A DNA stretch of 64,000 nucleotides, taken from positions 1 to 64,000 of the forward strand of contig JBDRRF010000031.1 in assembly GCA_043825875.1 (NCBI GenBank), in the 5' to 3' direction. The DNA is from Pseudomonadota bacterium. Its GTDB lineage: Bacteria > Desulfobacterota > Desulfobacteria > Desulfobacterales > RPRI01. A program made the translations under genes and the position numbers. A model generated the notes under the pieces. It had not been told where the DNA came from, ran no database searches, and saw nothing but the letters and a program-made list of their open reading frames with translations. Below are positions 28,532 through 37,159 of this stretch, one piece after another (positions within the stretch are counted from its first letter, which is position 1; each line of letters starts with the position of its first letter).

Positions 28532-28670
28532 TATTCAACGCAAGCAAACAGGAGACCGTTTCATTCCGGGTTACTGGGCTCCGTAAATCGGAAAAGCGGA
28601 CTCTTTGTCTTCCTTACTGAAAGGGTGATTGATCAAACTCAGCGTCATGTGCTACGGGAAATAAACTAAT

Positions 28671-28813
28671 GAGCCAGTTTCAAAACGCCCCATTTTGGCC
28701 GATCTTAAGCGTTGGGCTCAAATTTCAATCCTCGAAATACTAAATGTATTCCTGCGGTTGAAATTTTCTCCCGCCTTGAGCTTGACCAAACTGAAACGTT
28801 TTGAAAGTGGCTC
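28671..28813 (-). mobile_element. MITE-A copy 4
   Basis: Same TIRs; direct repeat TAAT. Confidence 0.9.
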
Positions 28814-28841
28814 TAATAAACAAATTTTTTTTGGGGGGAAA

Positions 28842-29231
28842 ATGTTTAAAAAAACCATTCTCGGGCTCAATTCTCTTATGTTTATTGCTTTTGGATTTGG
28901 GTTTATTATTGATCCGGTGAGTTTTACACCTTTATTTCTTGGTGTTTCTGCTCCGCAGGGAGATCTTCTTATTGATATGAGAGCAACTTATGGAGGATTT
29001 TCTTTGTGTGTCGGTTTGCTTATGCTTTTTGGTGTCATTAAGGAGAAATATTTTAAGGCGAGTGTTTTTGTTGCATTTTTGTCGGCTTTCTCTGTTTTTG
29101 TTGGGCGGTCTGTTGGTATGGCAACTGCTGGTGATGTTGGTCAAATGATGTATCAGTCACTGGTCCTGGAGTTCTTTTTAAGTGTTTTTTTTGGTGCAAT
29201 GTTTTTTCTTGAGAATAGAGGAAAAAATTAA
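28842..29231 (+). CDS. DUF4345-like membrane protein
   Basis: DMRATYGG, four hydrophobic helices; true start 28842 (upstream part of the tracked ORF is MITE). Confidence 0.7.
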   Translation: MFKKTILGLNSLMFIAFGFGFIIDPVSFTPLFLGVSAPQGDLLIDMRATYGGFSLCVGLLMLFGVIKEKYFKASVFVAFLSAFSVFVGRSVGMATAGDVGQMMYQSLVLEFFLSVFFGAMFFLENRGKN

Positions 29232-29335
29232 TATTTTTTTTAATATTTTTTTAAATATATAGGGTACTAAACAGGGACGCATCTTAATTATTAACTGTTT
29301 GTAAAGGAGTAAAAAGAAAACAGGAGAAATAATTA

Positions 29336-29677
29336 ATGGAAGAAATAATTTTCTCTACGGTTTCGGCTTTCTTTATCGTTGTTGGGTTTGCTATATGTTG
29401 GGGCATCTATCACCGCCTGACGCAACGCACCAAATGGTTTAAATGCTCTGTTTGGAAGTTCCTTGGCACAACGCTTTCTGGCCTCGTCCTTGGGCTTGTG
29501 GTAGGCGTAGCGGCAGTTCCGATTTATTGCTCGCTTATTGATGGCGGTGCTGAGTGTGGGATTCTTATATTATTTTCTGTACCACTCGGGCTTGCGCTCG
29601 GGCAACTATTTGCTTTTAGTGTGGTAGTATTTATAGCATTCCCCGTACCTAAGCGCCAACCTGAAATTCAAAAGTAA
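29336..29677 (+). CDS. Hypothetical membrane protein
   Basis: Three hydrophobic segments; RBS AGGAG. Confidence 0.6.
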   Translation: MEEIIFSTVSAFFIVVGFAICWGIYHRLTQRTKWFKCSVWKFLGTTLSGLVLGLVVGVAAVPIYCSLIDGGAECGILILFSVPLGLALGQLFAFSVVVFIAFPVPKRQPEIQK

Positions 29678-29890
29678 CCGGAAAAGTGGTAATATGGGAA
29701 AGGCATCGAGTTATGCTTTTGGCTCTAAACTCATCTTATGTAGAATAGTTTGCTGGCGCTGATTTTTATCCTTTATTAAAAAGAAGTATTTAATTCTTTT
29801 TCAACAAAATCATACAACCACACAGTTTCAGCTAATGTACTGCTGAGACCGGAATGGTTAATTACAAGGATTTATTTAAAGACACAAAAA

Positions 29891-30505
29891 ATGATAACAC
29901 AATTTCAAAATTTGGTTCAAATTATTGTGATTGCCTGTTTAGTAGTATTCGGACTGGGACGGATTCTTATTTTAAAAATTCAAAACGTAAAAGTACTAGT
30001 ACTTGACCCGCAAATGACAAAAACACAAATGATAAACGTGCTTGTTTTTGTTGCCTGCTTTTTAATGTGGATTTTTGAATCAGTAACTCATGGCTTATCA
30101 CTTAATATCCATGTCCCTTTAGCTTTATTACATACAACAATATCAAATCATATCGTGATAAAAATTGTTGGTATTATTGTTTTGATACTTGGTTTGTTGT
30201 TTTACATTTCAGCGGTTTTATCAATTGGAAAATCATGGCGTATAGGAATAGACAGAAAGAAATCAGGCGATCTTGTTACCACCGGAGTTTTTTCATGGTC
30301 GCGTAATCCTATCTATGTTGCCCTTGATTTGCTTGCTTCAGGAACATTATTACTACAAGGTGAATTGATATTCCTGATACTTGCCCTCTGTATTGTGATA
30401 ACTCTTCATGTACAGATTTTACAGGAAGAAAAATTTCTCATTCAAGTACACGGAGATGATTATAAACAATATTGTACCAAGGTAGGGCGTTATTTTAAAT
30501 TTTAA
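29891..30505 (+). CDS. Isoprenylcysteine carboxyl methyltransferase (ICMT/PEMT) family membrane protein
   Basis: SWRIGID, LVTTGVFSWSRNPIY, EEKFL...YKQY. Confidence 0.85.
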   Translation: MITQFQNLVQIIVIACLVVFGLGRILILKIQNVKVLVLDPQMTKTQMINVLVFVACFLMWIFESVTHGLSLNIHVPLALLHTTISNHIVIKIVGIIVLILGLLFYISAVLSIGKSWRIGIDRKKSGDLVTTGVFSWSRNPIYVALDLLASGTLLLQGELIFLILALCIVITLHVQILQEEKFLIQVHGDDYKQYCTKVGRYFKF

Positions 30506-30509
30506 TATC

Positions 30510-30639
30510 ACATAACCGCACCATTCAATATAAACGCTGGAACAGGCCACTGTGACCCAAACAATTTTAAGTTTTAACGTGCTTTTGACAAATTCATCAC
30601 GCCCTGCTTTCCAGTGATATTTAGCGGAAACCGCTAAGA
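30510..30639 (+). other. attC site with degenerate R'
   Basis: R'' ACATAAC right after the stop, stem AATAT..CGCTGGAA / TTCCAGTG.ATATT, end GCTAAGA instead of GTTRRRY. Confidence 0.6.
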
Positions 30640-31187
30640 GGTATGATGAAAATTACATCGATAAGCACTCCACCGACCTTAGAAGTACTTTTTATCAGGT
30701 TGATATAGATCAACCGGTTCAGCAGTGGGTTTTGCCTTTTGAAACAACAAATCGCCGGGATATCACAACCGTAAAAAGCCGTGCGTCTGAAAATATTTAT
30801 AAATAATTGATTGTCATAGCGGATTTTTCATTTATAATGATAATAGATTTAAATGCGGGTGTACTTTCAGGTGTTTTAACTGATTATTGTAGTATATATA
30901 ATCTTATTCTTTACCTGATTAACAGGGTCGGCTACTTCATTCCGTGTAAAATTCGTTGTTAAATTACCTTTTCCAAAGGCTTCACACTCTCTTCATCTGC
31001 AATAGTAGCGGTTATTCAAGCTCAGCTCCACCTGCTGTTGAGACTGTTAATAATTATAGTACATATCATTCTTCAAGAACTCACTACTCTTAATGATATT
31101 ATAGCATTCTGTTGTTATTTTATAAATAATTGATTTTACACATGATAAACTATATCTTTTTTAATCATAAAAACAAAGGGGGTTAAA

Positions 31188-32678
31188 ATGGGGGAATTCT
31201 TTAAACAAATTTTGCAAACGATTGGTGCCTATGTACCAAATCTGCTTGGTGCATTGGCAATACTTATTATTGGCTGGATCGGAGCTTTAATTATTGCCGC
31301 TATATCACGTAGCGTAATAAGCCGCACTTCTCTGGGTAAAAAATTACCAAACTGGTTATCCTTAGATGAAGACAAGCCAATACCGGTGGCGAATTATATC
31401 TCAAAAACGATCTTTTATCTTTTGATGTTGTTTGTTCTGATTGCTTTTTTTCAGGCGCTTAAACTCACACTTATCACTGAACCTTTAAATAACCTGCTAA
31501 ATCAAATTTTTATTTACGCTCCCAGATTTTTTGGCGCAATCCTTCTCCTTGTAGTAGCCTGGGTTTTGGCTACTGTTTTACGCTTTATCGTTACAAAGCT
31601 TTTAACAACTATAAAACTTGATGAGCGCCTTTCCGCCAAAATAGAAGAAGAAAAAGCCATTGCGTTAAGCAGCACTATTGCAAATTCAGTGTATTGGCTG
31701 ATATTTTTACTGTTTTTGCCGGCTGTTTTGAATTCACTTCAAATGCAGGGCATTCTTGAACCCATACGATCCATGCTGGATAAAATGCTTAACTTTTTAC
31801 CGAATATATTTACTGCCGGTTTAATATTAGTCATAGGCTGGTTTTTGGCAAAAATTATTTGCAAGATTGTATCCAATTTACTGGAAGCCGTTGGAGTTAA
31901 TACATTAAGCGATAAAGTAGGACTGGAAGCTGTTTTGGGTAAGGAGAAATTATCTGATTTATTAGGACTGATTATATATGTTCTGATTTTAATACCTGTC
32001 TTACTGATCACGCTGGATGCCCTGATGCTGGAAGCTATTACAACACCGGTAAGCAATATGTTAAACTTAATACTGAAAGTCTTGCCAAGCATTTTTGCAG
32101 CGATTTTGATAATTTCCATTTCTTATATAATCGCTAAACTGGTATCAAAATTGGTTAGCAGTTTACTGGCCGGTGCTGGATTTGATAAATTTGCAATTAA
32201 TTTGGGAGTTATGAAAGAATCAAAAGAAGATGGTCATAAAGCATCAAATATTGTCGGATACCTAACACTTATTGCTATTTTATTCTTTGCGGTTATTGAA
32301 GCATTTGAAGTATTAGGTTTTACACAAATTTCAGAAATTGTCGCAAAATTTACGGTTTTTTCCGGAAATATATTACTGGGCATTATCATCTTTGGACTTG
32401 GTCTTTTTCTGGCCAATATCGTTTCCAATAAAATACTGACAAAAGAAACTGCCCAGCTTAAATTAACTTCTTTAATTACCCGCGTGGCTATCTTGTTTAT
32501 TGCCGGAGCTATGGCTTTGCAGCAAATGGGAATTGGCTCTGAAATCGTTACTCTTGCTTTTGGATTGATTTTGGGTGCGATTGCAATTGCAGTTGCTGTT
32601 GCTTTTGGTATCGGCGGACGTGATATAGCTTCAAAGCATTTACTTGAATGGTCTAATAAACTCGAAACAAAAGAATAA
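31188..32678 (+). CDS. Mechanosensitive-channel-type TM-helix repeat protein (CmpX-like)
   Basis: Repeated LPNI..A.LIL.IGW.LA units; AFGIGGRD C-terminus. Confidence 0.8.
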   Translation: MGEFFKQILQTIGAYVPNLLGALAILIIGWIGALIIAAISRSVISRTSLGKKLPNWLSLDEDKPIPVANYISKTIFYLLMLFVLIAFFQALKLTLITEPLNNLLNQIFIYAPRFFGAILLLVVAWVLATVLRFIVTKLLTTIKLDERLSAKIEEEKAIALSSTIANSVYWLIFLLFLPAVLNSLQMQGILEPIRSMLDKMLNFLPNIFTAGLILVIGWFLAKIICKIVSNLLEAVGVNTLSDKVGLEAVLGKEKLSDLLGLIIYVLILIPVLLITLDALMLEAITTPVSNMLNLILKVLPSIFAAILIISISYIIAKLVSKLVSSLLAGAGFDKFAINLGVMKESKEDGHKASNIVGYLTLIAILFFAVIEAFEVLGFTQISEIVAKFTVFSGNILLGIIIFGLGLFLANIVSNKILTKETAQLKLTSLITRVAILFIAGAMALQQMGIGSEIVTLAFGLILGAIAIAVAVAFGIGGRDIASKHLLEWSNKLETKE

Positions 32679-32700
32679 TATTTTCTGATAACCCAATGCA

Positions 32701-32746
32701 AATAAAAGAATCCGGTAAGTTTAATTACTGCCGGATTCTTTTATTT
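32701..32746 (+). terminator. Rho-independent terminator
   Basis: AATAAAAGAATCCGG / CCGGATTCTTTTATT. Confidence 0.8.
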
Positions 32747-32869
32747 GACTCTTTATTGAATTTATATATGACAAATGCCATAGTAATGATTATTGTTAAT
32801 ACATTCTCATGCACCGATATTAAATTTCAATTACAGTCTTACGAATACTATATAATTTAAAAGGTCTTC

Positions 32870-33730
32870 ATGATTAATATTATTAAATGGCTTCTTGAAG
32901 TTGAGAATCTGGCAAATAAAATTTATCTGCAAGCCGCAAAAATTTATGCCCATGATCCAACATTTAAAATGTTTCTTGAGAGCGCCGCTGAAGATGAAGC
33001 ATGGCATTACCATATCTTGAAAAGTGCGGAAAAATATTTAGTATCAAAACCGGCTCCAAGTCCGGCTATTTCAATTGATAAAGTAACCCGTGATAAAATT
33101 GCTAAATACTTTACCGATCTGCAAAATGGTTTAGAAAATAATTCACTCTCAAGAGATGAACTAATCGAAAAGATCGTTGAGGGAGAACTTTCCGAATGGA
33201 ATAACGTCTTTCTCTACGTTATTAATGTGCTGAAAGAACATGTTGGTGAGTTCAAATATTGTGCAGCAAGAATCCAAGCCCACATAAAAAAAATTGAATA
33301 CTTTTTGGAAACGATAGAAAATCGCCCTGAAGCATTAAAAAAATTAACTGGCTTACCTTCTGTATGGGTTGAAAATATCTTAATTGTAGATGATGATCAA
33401 TTGATTACAGAGCTTTTACAAGCTATCCTGAACCGCTCAGGCAAAATTGATATTGCTCATAATGGCCAAGAAGCACTCAAGCTGATGGATGAAAAATTTT
33501 ATAAATTAATAATATCTGACGTTGATATGCCTGTAATGAATGGGATCTCCTTTTTCAAAGAAGCCGTGGCAAAATTTCCTAAACTAAAAAACCGGTTTCT
33601 TTTTATAACCGGTTATGTTTCTCCACAAAATCAGTCTTTTTTTAATGAATACAATTTAAAATATTTAGCGAAACCAATGAGAATAAATGCGTTAAGAGAA
33701 AAAGCCTCAAAGATAATTCTTTCTTCGTAA
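32870..33730 (+). CDS. Response regulator with N-terminal ferritin/rubrerythrin-like domain
   Basis: EVENLA..IY, EDEAWH; C-terminal REC ILIVDDD, SDVDMPVMNG, AKP. Confidence 0.8.
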   Translation: MINIIKWLLEVENLANKIYLQAAKIYAHDPTFKMFLESAAEDEAWHYHILKSAEKYLVSKPAPSPAISIDKVTRDKIAKYFTDLQNGLENNSLSRDELIEKIVEGELSEWNNVFLYVINVLKEHVGEFKYCAARIQAHIKKIEYFLETIENRPEALKKLTGLPSVWVENILIVDDDQLITELLQAILNRSGKIDIAHNGQEALKLMDEKFYKLIISDVDMPVMNGISFFKEAVAKFPKLKNRFLFITGYVSPQNQSFFNEYNLKYLAKPMRINALREKASKIILSS

Positions 33731-33761
33731 ACTATTTGAAATAAATAAGCCCGGAGGTTTT

Positions 33762-34556
33762 ATGGATTGGAGCGATGAAGCAAAGGAGGCTGTTTCACGA
33801 ATACCTTTTTTTGTGAGAAAAAAAGTAAGAAAGAAAGTGGAAGAAGAAGCAACAGAATACGGTGCTGCTTTGGTGACAATAGAACATGTACGTTCATGCC
33901 AGAATAAATTTCTTAACAAAATGGAAGATGAACTCAAAGGGTATCAGTTAGAAACATGCTTTGGCATGGGAAACTGTCCGCATTGCGTTATATCTTCTGA
34001 AATAATTATTAAAAAGCTGGAAGAGACCTTAAAGAAAAGAGACCTGAAGTCTTTTTTAAAAAAAAGGACTGGCGGGTCACTGAAAATGCACCATGAACTT
34101 AGAGTTTCCATTTCAGATTGCCCAAGTTCATGTTCGCGTCCCCAGATTGCTGACATCGGGCTTATCGGTGCCTGTATTCCAAAAATAACGGATGCCGATT
34201 GTAATTTGTGCGAAACTTGTATAGAAACCTGTAAAGAGGGTGCAATTTCCTTATATAATGACAGGCCGGTAATAGATGAAAAAAAGTGCCTTTACTGCGG
34301 GCAATGCATAGATGTATGTCCAAACGGCGTGCTTGAAAAAGGCAAAACAGGATACAGAATTCAACTTGGAGGAAAACTGGGAAGACATCCGAGACTTGCC
34401 GAAGAATTGACTGGAATCTTTGAACCTGATGATACAGTAAGGATAGTAAAAAGATGTTTAGACTACTATCAGATGCATAACAAACAAGGAGAACGCTTAG
34501 GTGTGATTCTGGAAATAAACGGTTTAAATGAATTGAAGAGTTTTATAAAAAATTAA
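33762..34556 (+). CDS. Nitrite/sulfite-reductase-like 4Fe-4S protein with PCP-reductase-like N-terminus
   Basis: WSDEA..IPFFVR, CFG..NC, SDCPSSCSRPQIAD, two CxxCxxCxxxC motifs, GGKLGRHP. Confidence 0.75.
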   Translation: MDWSDEAKEAVSRIPFFVRKKVRKKVEEEATEYGAALVTIEHVRSCQNKFLNKMEDELKGYQLETCFGMGNCPHCVISSEIIIKKLEETLKKRDLKSFLKKRTGGSLKMHHELRVSISDCPSSCSRPQIADIGLIGACIPKITDADCNLCETCIETCKEGAISLYNDRPVIDEKKCLYCGQCIDVCPNGVLEKGKTGYRIQLGGKLGRHPRLAEELTGIFEPDDTVRIVKRCLDYYQMHNKQGERLGVILEINGLNELKSFIKN

Positions 34557-34564
34557 AGGAGAGT

Positions 34565-36118
34565 ATGACAAGAAATTTCCGGAATGATCTGTTAGATCCG
34601 AATCATTTTGTTATAACAATGGAGCTTGTTCCAAAAGCCGAATCAACAGGAAGGTCGATTAACACGATACTGGAATTTTCCAAACAGGCTTTAATCGACG
34701 GGAGATTATCGGCAGTAAGCATTACAGATAATCCGGGAGGAAACCCTTCGCTTAGTCCTGACGTGCTTGGCAAAGAAGTCCTTGATAGCGGCATAGATGT
34801 TATAGTGCATGTTACATGCAGAGACATGAACAGAATGGGAATTGAAAGCCGGGCATTACAATTGCGCCGGATGGGCATGAAAAACGTATTGGCGCTTACC
34901 GGTGACTATTCGGGAAAAGGCTTCGGAGGCCAGGGTGCGCCGGTCTTTGATCTTGATTCTGCAAGCCTACTTTGTTTCTTTAACCTGATGAACAACAAGG
35001 CAGCAGTGAACGATCATTTTTTTAAAGGATGCGCCGTCTCGCCTTTCAAATGGACAGAACCCGAATGCTATGCACAATACTATAAACTTAAAAAGAAAAT
35101 ATCCTCAGGCGCAGATTATATAATTACTCAACTTGGATATGACGTACGAAAGTACTATGAGCTTATCCGGTTTTTAAAAATAAATGATTTAAAAATTCCG
35201 GCATTGGCCTCTGTCTACTTATTAACCCCGCGTGTTGCCCGTGTAATGAATTCAGGCAGAGTCCCAGGTGCAGTTGTTAGCAAAGAGCTTTATGCCAAGA
35301 TTTTAGAAGAGTGGAAATCCGACAAAAGTGCAGGTTATTTTGCTTCTGTTGAACGTGCTGCAAAACTTGCTGCTATTTGTAAAGGACTGGGATATCGGGG
35401 TATACACATTGGTGGAGTACATCGCAGTTTTAAGACGGTTAAAAGAATTCTTGATCGTATGGCCGAAATTGAACACAATTGGCAGGATTTTTTAAATGAG
35501 TTTGATTACTCGCAGCCGGATCATTTCTATATGTTTCAAAAAGACGATCCATCAGCACTATCATCGGATATTTTAACCCCTAAAAAAAGTAAAGCCGGTT
35601 TATTGCAAAAATTGCATTTTGAATTTCTCCATTATATGCATAACAGTTTTTTTACTGTCAATGCTCCGTTTGCAGGGATTTATAAAAAAATTTCGAGACA
35701 ATTGTATCAAAATCATGGGACCGGATATCATCTCGTAAAGTTTTTTGAAGATGTAACAAAAAAAATTCTGCTTAATTGCCGGCAATGCGGCGATTGCGGT
35801 ATTGAATATCCTGGTTTTTTATGTCCGGAATCCAGGTGCCCTAAACACATACGAAACGGAGCCTGCGGTGGAAGCAGACAAGGCAGATGCGAAGTATATC
35901 CCGACAGATATTGTGTATGGTATCTTGCTTATCAAAGACTTGCCCTGATAGGAAAGACAGAAAACATGACTACGGTTTGCGCTCCTCCACGCATGTGGGA
36001 GTTAAACAATACTTCTTCATGGATTAATTTTCATCTTGGAAGAGATCACCATACCAAGCTATGTTCTATAGCAGGTGACTGTAATACCGGGCTTTGCTCA
36101 CACAAAAAGCAAAGTTAA
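34565..36118 (+). CDS. metF: Methylenetetrahydrofolate reductase fused to a C-terminal MetV-like Cys-rich domain
   Basis: ITDNPGG, HVTCRDMN, LALTGD, ITQLGYD; C-terminal CRQCGDC, CPES.CPK..RNGACGG, CEV..CVW. Confidence 0.85.
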   Translation: MTRNFRNDLLDPNHFVITMELVPKAESTGRSINTILEFSKQALIDGRLSAVSITDNPGGNPSLSPDVLGKEVLDSGIDVIVHVTCRDMNRMGIESRALQLRRMGMKNVLALTGDYSGKGFGGQGAPVFDLDSASLLCFFNLMNNKAAVNDHFFKGCAVSPFKWTEPECYAQYYKLKKKISSGADYIITQLGYDVRKYYELIRFLKINDLKIPALASVYLLTPRVARVMNSGRVPGAVVSKELYAKILEEWKSDKSAGYFASVERAAKLAAICKGLGYRGIHIGGVHRSFKTVKRILDRMAEIEHNWQDFLNEFDYSQPDHFYMFQKDDPSALSSDILTPKKSKAGLLQKLHFEFLHYMHNSFFTVNAPFAGIYKKISRQLYQNHGTGYHLVKFFEDVTKKILLNCRQCGDCGIEYPGFLCPESRCPKHIRNGACGGSRQGRCEVYPDRYCVWYLAYQRLALIGKTENMTTVCAPPRMWELNNTSSWINFHLGRDHHTKLCSIAGDCNTGLCSHKKQS

Positions 36119-36140
36119 AATAGATATGGGAAATAGATAA

Positions 36141-36875
36141 ATGGATGAACTCAAATCGCTCAAACAAATTTCAAAATTTATCTCATATATACTTGAACGT
36201 AAACCGGACGAGTTCGGTCTTGTGCCGGATGAAAATGGATATATAAAAATAAAATCTTTGCTTTTTGCAATAAATGAAGAAGAAGGTTTTAAATTTGTAA
36301 GGCGGCATCATATTTATGATATTTTGTCTTTTCTGCCTGAATCTCAACTTGAAATAAATGATGACAAGATACGCTCAAAATACCGTGATAATCTGCCGAA
36401 ACAATCCATTTCCGATACACCACCGAAGCTTCTTTATACCTGTATTAGAAAAAAAGCTCATAGTTTTACTCTGGAAAAAGGAATTTTTCCCGTCGGCAAT
36501 AACAAGGTAGTTTTATCTCCTGTAAAAGAAATGGCACTAAGAATTGGAAAACGTTTTAATCAATCACCTGTTGTTCTGACGGTAAATACACAAAAAGCTT
36601 TAGAAACCAATGTAATTTTTTACAATTCAGGAGATCTGTATTTCGCAGAAACTATTCCTCCAGACTGCTTTACAGCACCACCACTTCCGAAACAAAAAGA
36701 AGAACCCGCACATGCCAAAAAACAAAAGGAAATTACCCCAAAGCATATGCCCGGCAGTTATATTTTAAACATTGAAATTGCTGAAGAGGAAAAAAAGAGA
36801 ACAAAGCTGCAAAGAAAGAAAAAAGAAATCAGCTGGAAAAAAGAAAGAAAGCGCATGAGCAGAGTTAAAATTTAA
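36141..36875 (+). CDS. RNA 2'-phosphotransferase (KptA/Tpt1)-like protein, divergent
   Basis: SKFISYIL.RKPDEFGL.PDENG, LS...A..IGKR..PVVL. Confidence 0.7.
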   Translation: MDELKSLKQISKFISYILERKPDEFGLVPDENGYIKIKSLLFAINEEEGFKFVRRHHIYDILSFLPESQLEINDDKIRSKYRDNLPKQSISDTPPKLLYTCIRKKAHSFTLEKGIFPVGNNKVVLSPVKEMALRIGKRFNQSPVVLTVNTQKALETNVIFYNSGDLYFAETIPPDCFTAPPLPKQKEEPAHAKKQKEITPKHMPGSYILNIEIAEEEKKRTKLQRKKKEISWKKERKRMSRVKI

Positions 36876-37023
36876 GTCCTTTCCGGCAGGCCCTCTAAGC
36901 AACTGTTGCAACATTTTGCAAATGCAGTCATAAAAAAATTGACAAGCTATATCAAAGCAGGTATGAGCATACCAGTTTCATCTGTTTTTCCAAGAAAGTT
37001 TATTTCTTAAAAAACTGAAAGCA

Positions 37024-37100
37024 GGGCCGTTAGCTCAACTAGGCAGAGCACCTGACTCTTAATCAGTAGGTTATTGGTTCGATTCCAATACGGCCCACCA
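37024..37100 (+). tRNA. tRNA-Lys(CTT)
   Basis: GGGCCGTTAGCTCAACTAGGCAGAGCACCTGACTCTTAATCAGTAGGTTATTGGTTCGATTCCAATACGGCCCACCA. Confidence 0.96.
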
Positions 37101-37159
37101 ATTAAAATCAACACTAAAGTTATCTCCTCAATATTCTGCAAGAACTTTTTAAAAGTTTT

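Noticed and set aside
27095..28620. Citrate synthase as an integron cassette itself
   Set aside because: Only a partial GTTGA/TCAAC match and no convincing attC hairpin after the stop
30959..31069. Short minus-strand frame with two in-frame TGA codons (possible selenoprotein)
   Set aside because: No RBS, SECIS-like hairpin or recognisable family; likely chance
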